Origin: Isurus oxyrinchus
Lineage: Eukaryota
Direction of reading: 5' to 3'
NCBI GenBank assembly: GCA_026770705.1
Contig: JANJGN010000041.1
Span: 3,720,001 to 3,784,000, forward strand
DNA length: 64,000 nt
Numbering within the stretch: position 1 is the stretch's first letter; each line of letters opens with the position of its first letter. Below are positions 36,346-50,564 of the stretch, piece after piece. A model generated the notes under the pieces. It was not told the DNA's origin. It searched no databases and was given only the letters and a program-made list of their open reading frames with translations. The translations under genes and the position numbers were made by a program.

Positions 36346-36859
36346 AGAAACTCAGACATGGTGCCCCTTGTTGTGCAGGGGTTTTCAGCATGTTTGACAC
36401 TTGCCTTTTAAACACTGTCTGTACCTGCCCACCGAAAGCCTGTGTTAATCACTCTCAGCTAAATGTTTGTTAAACAACACGAGGCACCCTCTCCAATTTA
36501 ATTGAAACGGGCCGGACATCTAACTGTCAGCTGAAGGGCTTTTGACTGACTTCTGTTATTGCAGGGTCCATTGAGGTGCTGTAGATGGTTTTCATGGTGC
36601 TGTGCTGTGAGGGGCTGCATACATTGAGAGAGGAAAGAGGATTTATAGGCCATACCTTGGAAGAGTTTTTGGGCCTGTAATTACAGTGCATCTGGACCTC
36701 TACCATGACTAGCGAAAGAAGTGGAGTGAAGAGGGAGCGGAACGCCTGTTAACATTTGGGTGTCGGGGGGTGGGGGTTGCTTTGGGGGGAGGGTGAGGGG
36801 GGTTGCACTGCCCTAAGCACCGCGGGATTTTCAGGGACACTTTAGAAACCTATACTTAA

Positions 36860-37790
36860 AACATGGGCAGAGACAGATATAACTCTGCCACGACACTAGG
36901 GTGTTACAGAGCCATCTCATCTCCTTTAACAACACTTGGGGCCGCACACCAGGTTGAGAGAGCTGCAGTCTTTGGACACGAATTTCACAAGATCAGTGAA
37001 ACTTCTATGGATTCGGAAGATTCCAGGCAGGGGAATAGTTGTTGTTATATTCATTATCTCCCAGTATTTTGCCTAACTATGTATTCACTAGCCGACAGAG
37101 AACATCTATGCTGGGTGCCACGTTTATACCGGTGCTCCCTCAACAGGGAGAAGCATAATGATTGGTCTCATGGCCTCCTAGGGTAGAGGGATTCCCGATG
37201 GCATGAGTGATTCCGCCGTGGCCAATTAGAATTGACAGAGAAAAGGCTCTGAAAGAACTATCACTGTATTGACGTGCATTTGATGTATGTTTATGCACAG
37301 TACATCATGTTGGTGAATAGCCACTATCCTGACTAGAGCCGCAATCCCTTCATTATGAAGCACTCGGACATTTACAGCATCTTTGATGCTCCATAGAGAA
37401 CCACAAAGTGGATTTTCGGAGTTGAAGGCTGCCCCATCGGTACATGGATCAAAAAACTTTACTTTGCCATTCTGTAACTCCAACCAAGCAGGTGAACATA
37501 GCATGTCAATGCCAAAAGCGATGGAGTTGCATAGAGTATTGTGGATCAGCCTGCCAGAGTGGCAAAGAAACGCTTCTGATTCCTGTGCCGTTTGGAGTGA
37601 ACCCTCCAGTACACACTGGAGCAGCTGATCATTTTCATAGTGTTCTGCTTGATCCTTCATATCATCACCATCATAAGGATACAGGCAATGTCACCAAGAA
37701 TCCAGAGGGCAACGAAGGTGAAGAGGAGATTGTGTTAAGATATATCGTGGATGCTTTCGCCTTTGACAGGTTGTCTAGATGTGCCCGCTA
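36860..37790 (+). mobile_element. Decayed PIF/Harbinger transposase (HARBI1-like) in the GPCR intron
   Basis: GFPMA*VI; IMLVNSHYPD*SRNPFIMKHS (cf. V.ARYPGS.HD.FIL..S); KWIFGVEGCP (cf. GWLLGD.GYP); LQYTLEQ..IVFCLILH (cf. LQY.P....CC.LHN). Confidence 0.8.
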
Positions 37791-38860
37791 AGAATCCTGT
37801 TTGCACAAAACTTCCTTTTTTGAAGTTGTACTGAACGTAAATTTAAATGTTTACACAATGGAAATCCAACAGCAAGATCAAAGGACAGGGACACTGTTGC
37901 TAATAAGTGAAACACTTCAAAATTAGATAAGCTAAGAGACATTTTTGAAGATTTCACGCATTAAAAGAGGCTGATAGGCTTTACATGTTGGTACATTTCT
38001 TCAATACAGAGGCTCCGCCACACTGTAGACTAAAAGCCAAATATTTACAAAATCCATTTGTCTTCAATCACGGAGGAACGAACAATTCAGTCCTGCAAAG
38101 TTTTCAACCAACACATTAAGCAATTTAAGAAATGAGCTGTTCCTCTTCTACACTCTTAATAATTTAAGTATGTGTTGCATTTCTGCAAATCATCATGCTT
38201 TGTGTGAGGGTGTATGAGTGTTTGTGTTGTACATGATCGTTATTATTTGTGTTTGTGCATTTTGTAAGAAACGGACGTTTATTCTTTCGTTTGAAATGAT
38301 AATTCGCAAGAAAGCTCGCTTCGAAATTCTTAAAATACCATCTGTGGAGAAAAGAAACATTCCTTCTGATAACCACTGAGCATTCCTGTCAGGAAGATAT
38401 GTTGAGCAAAATATTAAATTAACCCATTTCTCTTCTTTCTCCTTAATGGAATCATCACCTCTGGCGCCTCTCAATCAACTGCGTCTCCCCTCTCACTTAT
38501 GGATTCCACACTCACCCATGGGTACCACCCGTAATACGCACGCTGACCTGGCACTCCGTAAGCCTCAATCACCGCTAAGTGCAACTATTATCCCCCGATT
38601 ACTCCTTTACTTCCTTGTCTCTTAAATACTCCCGGTCTCCTGCAACTCTCATCTCCACTCCATTTCCACCTCCTTATTTAAACTATTCAATGTATTCTTC
38701 CTTCCATGGAATAACAGAGATTTTTTATACCTTCTTTCAGGGCCGTTCATTTCAATACACCAGAGGATGCTGTAATACATCTCCATCGCATCTCAATCAT
38801 ATTGGCAACTTTGGTACCAGAGTGTTAAATCATTTTACTATTTATTACCTTTCCTTGCAG

Positions 38861-39738
38861 TGAACCTATTCACGATTGTGATATTGAGGCGCCAGAGGTG
38901 CGGTCTCTCAAATTGTGTTACCCGTTACCTGGTGGCCATGGCAGTGGCTGATCTACTGGTCATTATCCTCGACCTGATACTGAGGCATATTCCAATTGTG
39001 TTTGATAAGTATTTTATTTTCCTGCAATCAGTCCCAGTGTGTAATATCCACGCCGTCCTGCTCTATGCAGCCACTGACTGTTCTGTGTGGTTCACCGTCA
39101 CTTTTACCTTGGATCGATTTGTGGCCATTTGTTGCCCGAAACTGAAAACTAAATATTGCAATGAAAAAACGGCAGCTGTGATTCTGGGAACCGTCATTGC
39201 ACTGAGCTGTTCAAAGAACATTTTCTGGTATTTTTTGTTCACAGGTCAGTACTGGCTGGTAAACTTCCCCTGGTTTTGTGGTTACACAAAAGAGGTTCTG
39301 CTCTCTCCTGTCTGGGTAACAATCGAGTTCACCCATCACATTCTAACACCTTGTGTCCCATTTGTACTGATCCTGCTCATCAATATTTTGACAGTCGAGT
39401 ATATTTTAGTGACCAGCATGACCCGCAGGCGACTTCGGTCTCATAGGAGAGGGGAGAGCCCCAGAGACCCAGAGATGGACAATCGAAAGAAATCGATCAT
39501 GTTACTGTTTTATATTTCAGCCAATTTCATTGTTTTATGGGCAATGTTAATGTTTTATTCCATATGGACCCGAATGCATGATTTTGGCTTTAATTCACTG
39601 TATCTACATTTTTTTGTTCTGGAATTGGGTTTCATGCTGCAGCTCCTGAGTTGCTGCACAAACACTTGGATTTATGCTGTGACACAGACTAAGTTCAGGG
39701 AGCAGTTTTGGAAAATGTTGAAATATCCCTTCAATTAA
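38861..39738 (+). CDS. GPR139/GPR142-like class A GPCR, coding exon 2 (TM1-TM7 and helix 8); spliced protein 350 aa
   Basis: Acceptor ttccttgcag at 38851-38860; joins exon 1 in frame (GVT-V-NLFTIVIL); YLVAMAVADLLV, DCSVWFTVTFTLDRFVAIC, TPCVPF, LQLLSCCTNTWIY; 175+878=1053 nt with no stops. Confidence 0.95.
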
Positions 39739-40789
39739 TTTTTTAATTAGTTTAATAATTGGAAGAGCTGAATATCTGACATTTCTAGGACATAATTTCA
39801 CAATTCCACACTGCATAACGGTCTGTCACTGGGTGGAATGAATCAATGCAAACTTCCATAATTTTAACATTGAACTTAACGTTTTCAGTGGATAGGGGTG
39901 GAAACTGGGGTGGGGCTGTTGGGGTGGAGGGAGTGCTTTAAGTTGGAATTGAGAAGTCGTAAATTACTAGGAGTTTCCTGAATTCTCTCAATGAATTTAA
40001 CATTTCCAGCTGGCACGGGGGAATGGGGGTAGGATGGGGGTGTCTTGTGCATTCAATGGGTCCGCTTCAATGGAACCGAATCACTCAAAGCTTCCAATAT
40101 TTTCTCCTTTCATTGCTCAGTTTGAATTGAGGAAAATTCATCTCATTGGGAGAACAAATACACCACGGTTTTCCAGAATTAAAGCATTTTCTCTTATTTA
40201 TAGCTGTGGGGGTGGAGTGGTGGAGGGAGGGGGCGAGGGGAGGCCGTGAATGTTACCTCACTGACCAACTACTCCCATCCAATTGGCCGATTGTAAAGCC
40301 TATCGTCCCCTCCACCACACAGGAACGGAAGGTAATAAAGGTAATAAAGCCATTTGCACACTTCCATTGCCCACAAGACATGTCCATTATCCTTCTCTCT
40401 CGTACTGATTGAACAGAAAACTAAGCCACTGATAGCCTACTTCCAAAATCGCCGATGCAACTGTCCACTGCTTCTCAGTGATTGGACAGGAATCCTCCAT
40501 CCAACACGTGATTGGAAGCCGAAATGGAATGCCGGAGTGGAACGTGGTGAGGTCTTGTCAGAGGAGGAGTGGTCGCAGCATACAATTCAAGTAACCAACA
40601 ACGGCAGTAAGAACACAAACTGAAAGTGAGGTATCAGCAGAAATTAGTGCATGGCAGCAGCCCAGCGCACACTGAATTCTATTGTTTATAAAGGAAGTGG
40701 GTATCAATTCATCTGCAGAAAGAGGGCGGCGTTGTAGTGTATTTGGTGTGTGTGTGCGGGTCAAAACGGCACAACTGGACCTCGATCTC

Positions 40790-41130
40790 CCTAAAAGAGA
40801 TGCAGATTGACATACAAAAAGAAAGAGCGAGAGAGAGGCATGTTGCTTAACAGACAGAAAGACACAGAGACTTTGAAAAAGAGATAGGAAGAATTTGAGT
40901 GGTGTGGGGGGGAGAGAAAGAGGCTGATAGAGAGAGAGGTGGAGGCAGAGTGAGAGATGAATGTACTGGGATGTAGAGGGACAGAAAAACAGAGAGCGGG
41001 AAAGAGATAAAGGGAGAAATAGAGGCTGGAAGAGAACAACAGTGAGAAAGGGAGAGACGAACAATAAGACATGGAGAGAGGAAGACATTGAGTAACGGGA
41101 GGGGAGGTGAAAAAGAGGTAAGAGAGGGAT
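40790..41130. repeat. GA-rich low-complexity tract just before duplication copy 2
   Basis: Directly visible gagaga/gaaa runs. Confidence 0.85.
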
Positions 41131-41187
41131 TGGGTTAGTCACATCGTGGATGATATTTGGGAATTAAGCAGGGGGACATGGAAATTG

Positions 41188-41660
41188 CAGCTGAATGTAT
41201 TTTAAATAGGGTGAAATCCCACTAACTTAGCACCAATCTGCTGAATGTATTTTAGCCAGTACGCACTTATCAACACCGTGCTGAATCTATTTTAACAAAC
41301 AATAAATCCCACTCACATATTATGACCCCGCTGAACGTATTTTAACCAGCACTAAATCCCATTAACTTATCAATGATCTGCTGAATGTATTTTAACCAGC
41401 ATTAAATCCATTAACTTGTCAACAATCTGTTGAATGTATGTTAGTCAGCAATAAATCCCACTCACACATTACCACTCTGTTGCTTGTATTTTAACCAGCT
41501 CCAAATACCATTCACTTATCACCACTTTGCTGAATGCATTTTATCCAGCACGAAACACCATTCACTTATGAACACTCTGCTGTATATGTGTTAGCCAACA
41601 CTAAATCCACTCAATTATCAACACCCTGCTGAATGTATTCTAAAAGGCACAAAATCATAT
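41188..41660. repeat. 50-bp minisatellite, ~10 copies
   Basis: ctgaatgtat-like anchor at 41191, 41241, 41281, 41331, 41381, 41430, 41480, 41530, 41580, 41629. Confidence 0.92.
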
Positions 41661-42284
41661 TCCTGGTCGGGGAATCTTATACATTCGTATGTGTTAAAAT
41701 TAGAGAATTAGCTTACTATTGATATCCTGAATATATATGTCAACTTATGGTGATGACTTAAAATTACTGCACAAACACGTTAATTTATGCAGTGAGTCAC
41801 TCCAAAATCAGACAGCAGTTAAAGTCTGTGGTGAAGTATCCATTCCGAACATCATTCAGAGAATGAGCCAATCCGGGAGCACCACTGCTGTCTGACAGGC
41901 AGCACAGCCAATCTGGAGCTTCTCCCAGGGACTCACACAACCACTACCCAAAACCACCATCTCCACAGCCACTCAACTAATTCACACACCCCGTTATTAA
42001 AAGCCACCTCATCCAATTGGTATGATTGACCAGGTGAATCACGATTCACTGAGCCTATTTGGTATTTTGTTGACATTCGCGTGACAAAATCCTCGAAATC
42101 CGCCTGGTGAATGACACCTTACGTGAACCAAACAGGGAGCATCATTATGTGGCTAAAAAACGCAACAGCCAATCTGGGACTTCATTTGGTAACTCAGGGC
42201 CTTCTTCCCCAATCAGGCAGCTGCTTTTGGTGCTTTACGGTCGGGACAGTTGGTCAGCAAGTTTTAGATAGAGGCTAACATACT

Positions 42285-44870
42285 TACGGCACTCCTGGCT
42301 GCCTGGATGACCATATATGCAGAATGTGGCATCTGTTTAACGCGCTTGAGAACCGGGTTTTGGAGCTCAACCATCGGCTGGATGCAGTGGTGCACTCCGG
42401 TGCGCGAGACTCATATAGACAGCATGTTTCTTTTTTTTCACACAGTCACCGCACAGCTTAAGGAAGTGCAGTCAGACAAGGAATGGGTTACCCAAGTCAG
42501 AGGAAGGGGTGCTAGCAGTTAGTCAGGAAAGCCACCGAGTGTGTCTCATTTAAAAACAGTTTCTTTCTCTGTGTTGGAAAATGGTGACCGTGTTTATTCC
42601 CATTGAGAATGCAGCCAGAGCCCAGCTACACAAGCTGGGAGTGGAGAAAGTGAGGGAGAACAATCGTGTCGGAGACCCCAAATTGTGGGTGAGTCAGGCG
42701 TATCAGCGGCCAAAGGCATAACTCCAGAATGGTGTGTTGCATCCCTGGAGCCAGGGTCAAGACTGTCATTTTACTGCTCCAAGGAATTCTGAATGGGGAG
42801 GGCGAGCAGCCAAATGACATGGTTCACATTTGTCCTAAATGACTTATGCACAAAGCGGGATGAGGACCAAGAATTTCGGGAGCAAGGTAGCAGCTTGAAA
42901 AGCAGGGCATCAACGATTCTAATTTCTGGATTAATTCCGATGCCACGTCCTACTGTGAAGAAAAATAGGTGGATAGATTAAATTCATGTGTGGCTGATGA
43001 TGTGGTGCAGGAGGACTACTGAACGTTTTTCGGTCATTGGGTGTGTTTCTTGTAGAGGTGGGAGGTGAGGAAGTCCAAGATATTTTACCTCAACCGGAAA
43101 TGCATCAAAATTATTTATTGGTAGGGCTGGGGTTGGGGGTGGTGGCGTGGTGCGGGCGCTGGAGAGTGGAGGTTTGCTGGTGCTGTTGTTGCGGGTTTAA
43201 ACAAATTTGGCAATGCGATAGGATATGTAATGGATGTTACGTAGGATGTGATTTATAGGCAAGTTTAGAAGAAAAACTACGTCAGCCAGGAAGACAGCGA
43301 TTATATAGTCAAGTTAAGGCACAAAGGAGAATGGCAGGGATGGATGGCACTTATTTTCATCCAAAGAGTCATGTGAGTCGGGCAGAATAATTGACAGTGT
43401 TGATTAACACAGAGATCTGGTGAAGGAAAGGGCACGGCTGGCAGCTCAAAATTCTGTTTATGGAATCCGCAGTCGCGCCGAGGCTGCCGTTGGGGGGAGG
43501 GCGGTCGGAATAGAGGAGTTGGTTCACAACATTAATCAATGAGTCAATTGCTGCAACGAGGAAAGATGATACCTTAGTGAGTTCCTCAGATGAGGCCGTA
43601 TAGTTTGAGCTGAAATTCAAAAAGGGGCCAATCAATTTGCCACACCGAAACAGCCAGATTGGTAGAAAGGCTGACATGTAGCCAAAATCAGACAAGTGGA
43701 ATAATAACAGGGTAAAAATAGTAGCTTTCCACTTTCCCCTATCTACGAGGATATACAAAGTGGTGATGGCTTAGAGGGGACAGAATTTTCAAAATGTACC
43801 GAGGGGAGATTTTTAATGTGAAGAACATGAATCCCACAAGAAAGGCAGTAGTGCTGGGCTTAGCATTTGGGAACAAAGTTGGGCTATTGGTAGAAGTTTA
43901 AAAGGGGGAGAATTTCTCTGATTTTGTCCATAATTCAGTAAGTGTTAAGGTAGTTATTGGGAAGGATAAAATGCACCTGATATAAAGCTGCTGAATTGGG
44001 AAAGCATGTTTTTAATAATTTAGTATACGATCCTGTCAAAGTGAACTGGAAGCATCCATCTGTCCAAAAACCTGCATCAGAGCAGAGGGAGTTTTGCAAA
44101 AAATGAAATATTGAGTGCTGGGGCAAACATTTCCAGAGAGCCCTGGATTTCGAGGAATGCACTGGATTGAATGAGGGAAAACAGGAAGCTCCTCGAGGAA
44201 GCTGATGGCTCAAAAAAACATGAGTCCTTCAAAATATGTAAATTGTGTATAGTTACTTAAATAAGGAAAGTAGGAGATCGAAGAGGGAGCATTGGAAAAC
44301 ACTGGCAGGTAAAATAAAGTAAAGCAAAAAGGCTTTTCGTAAGTATTTTACGGTCAGAGGATCACCAGAGAAAGAGCAGCTCGCATTTGGGACAAAATTA
44401 GTGTGTGGATTTATGAGATTTCGATGTTATTTCAAAAGTGCACCTTGCATCTATATTTAGTGTAGAGAAGAGCGATGTAGGTATAGAAATCAGCGACGGG
44501 CACTGTGATGCACTTGAACAATTTAGGATTGAGAGGGAGGAGATATTAGATGTTTTATCTGACTTTGAAGTAGATAACTCGCCAGACCTAGTTGCGATGA
44601 TTTCCAGGCTGCTCTGCAAGGCAAGGAAGGAGATTGAAGTGTCCCTGGCATTAATTTCAAAATCCAGCCTCGTCACAGGAGAATCTCAGTTGACTTAAGG
44701 TCAGCGAATGTATTATCATTATTCAAATTAGGTGCCAAAAATCCAGGCAGCATTAAATTAGAGGATCTAAAATCAGTGGTAGGGAAACTTTCGGAAAAAA
44801 AAATATCTGGGAGAGGACTGACCTCTGCTTGGAGAGGCAGGGATTAATCAGCGATAGTCAGCATTATTAA
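42285..44870 (+). mobile_element. CR1 LINE relic (paralogue of 12760..15410)
   Basis: DDHICRMWHL..LENRVLELN; NSRMVCCIPGARVKTVILLLQGILNGEGEQP; collinear with copy 1. Confidence 0.9.
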
Positions 44871-47694
44871 CCTGGATTGCCATTGACCTTTCCCGCAGTT
44901 AGTCAAAACATTCTGGTTCTTTTAATCTGTGCAGGGTCTCTTGCGAAATTTTGATCCAGTTGGTACACTTAATTTCCAAGTATGTGGTCCAGCAGTGCCT
45001 CATTTCTCCTGGAACTGGAAACGCACTGCAGTAGAAATGTTTCCTGAGCACAGTTTAGGAACTGCTATTATCAGTATCTACATTCGACTAATTGAACTCC
45101 CTCGTTCTAAGTATTCTACAATGCTTGCACTTCACTGTAATTTCCTTGCCAGTTCGAGATTGTGCCCTTGCCACTTTGGTCTATACTATTTCTCCTGCAC
45201 TGCAACATCATACAAGTCTCGACGATGCCACCGGAAGTCACCTAATAAGAATTTGAAACATCGCAACAGCTAAATAAATGAAGCCAAAATCTAAAAAATG
45301 GCTGGAATAAGTCCCCAGATTCCCATGGTGTGACCTGAGATAACATGTCAACATTGCTGATGGAGTTAGTGGTAGTTTTACAAAATGAAAACAGAAACCC
45401 CAAGAGGAGTTTGCTAAATTATGAAGCTTCCTTTGAGACGTGGAGGCCTAAGGTCTGCACCAGAAGAAGTGGAAGTCCATTGCCTGGCTGCCCAAAAGTG
45501 CAGAATCGATGAACATGCGCTGATCTCAAAAAACTGAATGCAATGCACAAACAAACAGAAGAAAGGAGAACGGATGATAGATGTATCCATTTTAGGGGAA
45601 ATCCACTTTTTTTTTTAGAAGAAGCACCTGAGTAAGGCAGAGTCCACACACCTGGCCAAATCAATACAGATTGAGCAAAATACAAAATGAAGCTGGAGGT
45701 AAGTATTAAAATAGGCAGGACTCTCAGGACTCAGCACATCAAGGCGGCAGCTGGAGGAAAGCTGCAGCAAAAACTGGCGGCATTCCATCCGGAGGCCCAG
45801 CTGAAGTGAACGTAAGTTTTATTTATACAATTAATGCAATTAATTTAAACGACATGCTGAGTAAGAAGAACCTGCAGTATTTAATAAAAAAAATGCTCCT
45901 TTCATTTGAACCCTGGGTTCTTGCTTTAAGAAAAATGAATGCCGGGTTAACAGGCCTAACCTTTTGAATAAAATGGGATGGCCACAGTGCAATACTGCCG
46001 AATATTTAAAAAAAGTGTGGAAATTCACAGCAGGTTTATTGACAGCTGCAGAGCCATCCTGAAGTGGATAAAAATGGATGTGGCACAGACAGCCATAAAT
46101 GCGCAATGGCATTTAAAAAGATTAACTCAGGAAAAGAAAAATAAATTGCCTTGGATACGAAATTCCATCACAGCCACATTTTTGCTTCTGCAAGGGCTGA
46201 AGGGATAGTTTTCTTTATTTAAATTATTGGATGAATCAAGTCAAAGCACAATCTCTGGAGTCGTCCAGGCCAGCACCAACTTTACCCTCATTTACTGAAT
46301 TGCATGACCGGTAATCCCAAGCCAGTACATTCATAATTCCTCAACCACCTTCAATGACAAAATAAATGCCTTTCATGAATCTTTGAAACATCAAGTTGAG
46401 GACTCTGTAGAGCCTTACAAGATGCATACAAATCCTGTAGCAAATTAACAATCGGCGAAATTACGTCCTTGAACACGTTATATGAGGCAACATAAAGGTC
46501 CAGAACTTCCTGGAAATCCCTGGAACCTGTTTTTATGGGGGGCCTGTGAGATGATTGCTAATTACTTTCCCTATAAAATACCGATAATTGCTTCCAGCAT
46601 TGTGCAAGCAGCTGGTAGTGAGCAGCAGGGAAATTAATAAAACTAGCGACTTGTCACGTGAAGGAGAAAAAGCATTAAATAAAAAGCAATCGCTTGTTTC
46701 AAAGCTGAACAGGATGAATTGAAGTGTGAGATTCAGGCTGGATATGTAGATTTGAAAATGCATCGCAAAACGCAGTCTTCAAAGAGCCAGAATTTTCGAG
46801 GCCTGAACAAACAGAAGTTAGAGATAAAACAAATGGGGCAGGGTGGGAATTAGCACCCTCAAATGCACAGTTGGCAAATCAAACCGTGAGTTAGAAAATC
46901 TCATCCACATGTACAGCCAAGCAAAACAATAGGGAATAAAAAGATTCAAATAAGCAGGAAAATTGAAAGGCTCTCTGCAGAATGAACCTATATAGGTCGA
47001 AAAATCATCAAAAAACAAGATGTTGAATATTATTTGAGAATAAAGCTGCATTGGAACTATCAGCAGTATCAAAGGAACGTACTGAAGCTCAGGGTGAGTT
47101 GGTGTTAGTTGGCCAAGGAATTAATTAGTCGAAAAACAGCTGATTGTTCTGCTTCTTCAAAAAGCACAAATAAGTACATTATTCTTCAGCATCATGAATA
47201 CATTAAAATCTCTCCTACACAGCAGAACGGAAGAAGAGCACAGTAAAATCGAGGAGAACTTGCTGAATAAAAGGAAAGTGAAGATGAAGCAATTGAAGCT
47301 TCACAGCGCGAAAGAAAGCCTGGAGAAAAAGAATTAACACATTACAGATGTCCCTGAGGCCAAATCATTTTCCTATGCAAAATGATGAAGAGTAGCAGCT
47401 TAAATTTCATCTGACTCTGAACAAAATGGAAACGCAATTTGCAGGGAAGACTCCAGAATTTTGAAAATTATAGGAATAATCCTAATCTGCCAGAAAAAAA
47501 GGACAGAAGAGCTGAAGAAACAGTTGACATTGAAAGGAAAAGTTAAAGCCCTTTCCAAAAATGCAAGCAGGTGATGAAGGTATGAACAAAACATTTGGAG
47601 AACTGTAGGAATTTACCTGCCAACGGAGACAGGCCTGGCCAACAGTGAAACCCACATGAAGGACAAAGAGAAATCACTGCTGCAGGCAGAGGAC

Positions 47695-48080
47695 GGAGGG
47701 GGGCACTGGCAAACTGGCAGGGTCACTGCATTGGAAGCCCAGAGACCCAGGCTACTGCTCTGGAAGCATGGGCGCCACATCCACCACGGCGGCTGGAGGA
47801 ATTAGAATTCAGCTCTTAAACCTGTAATTGCAAGCTAGCCCCAGTGATGGGCACCATGAAACTATCATCGATTATCATCAAATCCCATCACTTTACCAAT
47901 GTACGTTAATTGAATGTCTGCCTTGCTGAACTGTTTTGACCGAAAAGTGGCTCCAGGAACCCAGCAATGCAGCCGGCTATAAACTGCGCTCAGCAGTCAC
48001 CTAGTGAGTTCAGTTCAAAAGCAAAATCTATGGTCAAACAAATGTCGGTTTTCCAGCTACGCCCACAACCTGTGGAAGAA
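47695..48080 (+). mobile_element. Deu-domain SINE, same insertion site as 21283..21668
   Basis: ccagagacccaggctactgctctgg...aaactatcatcgatt...cagcaatg...gcccacaacctgtggaagaat. Confidence 0.8.
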
Positions 48081-50564
48081 TAAGGAAGAAGAAAGATTGA
48101 AAAAAGATTGTAATTTGCGAATCTGATACTGAAGCTCAAGAGACAAAAATGAAAAATCACTGGATTCCTCAAACGGACTGAGGGTTGTTGAAAAGTGACC
48201 TGGCTGAAATGGAGATCAAGAAGCGGGAACATCAAAGAAATGGTGAGCAGTTCCAAGGAGAAGTCAAAGTTCTCACAGAATAGCGGGAGGATTTTCATCT
48301 ACAAAAAGGCCAAGTAAACTTAAAGAATGTGAATGTGCAGCACGGCACTCATGAAAGCGACGCTGCTGAGCGAAAAATGGTCAGTGTAGAGAACTAACTT
48401 TCATGTACAGAAGTTCAGTTTGCTGAGATGTTGGATCTTCAGCATGAAAATACCCCCAAAAAATTAAGCCGCCATCCAATGTGAAGAAGATGGAGAATGA
48501 GATGTGTCATTTGGAAGAGGGAAGACAGACTCTGAAGACTCGAACAAGCAGTTTCAGGATTTAATGACTGAATTGGGCGAATCAAAGGGGCAGTCAATGG
48601 GCATATAAAAAAAACCTGAAAGGAACTGACTGTACAGGTCAGCGTAACACTGTATAAAGATTTCACAGATAATTCCGAAGGAAAAGCAGCTCAACTTCCA
48701 GACCAATTGCTGACCTCAAGGAAAATGTTCAGATGTGTGCAAAAAGATTTGCAGATAAAAGAGCAATCACAACTTTGGCTGAAGTTGTGAAACAAATGGA
48801 AATTAATGTCCCATTTCTCAATCATCAACATCAAGCTCGATCATGGGGGACACAGTGGAAATAGAAAATCCCAGTCCACTCCAATATTGCTTGGAGTGCA
48901 TATTCCCCTCATAAAGAATGGAACAAACACACCTTGCCCGAGCAGATCAAATGGGATGCTGATAATCAAAAAGGGAACTCAAAGGAGCACAATAATCCAA
49001 TCAAATGGAGAGAAACAAGTGTGAGAAATACGGAGCATCACAATCTAAAGCTTAAACTGAAAACGTCAGCCCGAAGAAGCTTTTTAAACTATTCATCCAC
49101 ATGGAACACACAGGAATGTTAAAGAATGTTCAAATATCAAGACAGCTGAATTCATGATGTATTAGCGTTGTCCAGGTCCGCGAGGTTGGGGGGTGGGGAG
49201 AGGGGGAGTGGGGGTGCTGTGGGGAGTAGTTGCGAGGTGGCGGTATTGTGTCAGAGAAATGTAGCAAACAAATGTTTTATTGGAAATAATTATAGTCAGA
49301 TGGAAGGAAGGATGGTTGGTTTTAAAGGATGGTGCTATTGTCTCGAGTAGCAGCATGGCGATTGTAATGTAAAGGTTTTCAGGACAGTAAGGGTTAATGT
49401 CGCTTTGGGGAATAGTATTGCGAATGGTCTGATGCATAGGGTTACATGATTGTAGACGTAGAAGCCAAGTATGAAGCAACTAGTAAAGTGGCTGCACCCG
49501 TGTATGCGGAACATCGGATATGTATATCATTAAAGCTTAACAATGAATAGTTCATGTTTAATCATTGCAAGTCGGGAGACCTCTCAGTGGGAGATCAAAG
49601 CAGCATTTTCAACAATCCCCAAATTAGAGCAGGAGGCAACACTGACCAATCAAACATTGCCAGGGCAGGTATAGCATATCGTTATATATAGATTAATGCC
49701 CAATCTAAACGCTCCTAATTACAGAATACATGAACTTGTATTTCACGTGGTTTGATGCAGACAAATTTCCCTCTAAAGACATCAAACACTCTAAGGGAAG
49801 GTACAACAGTAGATGAAGTATATAACCAATCTCCCTATTCACTGTCCTCATCGTACCCATCTCAGCACCCATGCACCAAAGATTTAGATACGGCCAACTC
49901 TCTGTCTGCAATGTCCCCTTCGAACATTCCAAAGGTTGTTATAACACTGGCTTAGATTGACAACTGCGCATTCCCCAGTAAACCTTCCAATAGCTGGCTC
50001 AATCCGGGGGTTGAGGCATAAGTCTGCGGGGAATAACCAGTCAGTACTATTAATGTGATATATAAAGTGAGCTTTATTCAATGCAGGCATATCCCACTAT
50101 ACTTACAGTATTTAACAGCTGGTCAAATCATCTGCCAATGTTCTCGTAGATGTGTTTTCCTATTTATGGCGTCCCTATTGCCGATAATCCCAAGCTGTTT
50201 TAGAGTAGCTTTTGTTTTCCATACACCTTGTAATTTCTCACTAACTTGCAGCCAAAGCAGCCTGGACTGCTGCCACTGTGCTGCGCATAATTGTTGTTAT
50301 TTCCGTTTCTCTTTTAGATGCTTCCGTTCACGGAATTTCTGAGAAGGAAAAAAAACAAAAGCACTCTTCTTAGGTTCTGGTTTCTTACGTTAGGTGTTTC
50401 ATGAATGTAATTGTCGTTAATCTTTTAGATGCTTCCGTTCACTGATTTTGTGAGAAGGAAGATGAAACATAAGCACTTCTTTTAATTTCCGTGTTGTTAC
50501 GTCTGGTGTGTCGTGAATGGAGATAGCAAAATGAGTAATAAAGAGTCTATGTGGATAGCTAGTC

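Noticed and set aside
40558-41142. 194-aa Leu/Ser-rich ORF
   Set aside because: Artefact of the GA-rich low-complexity tract.
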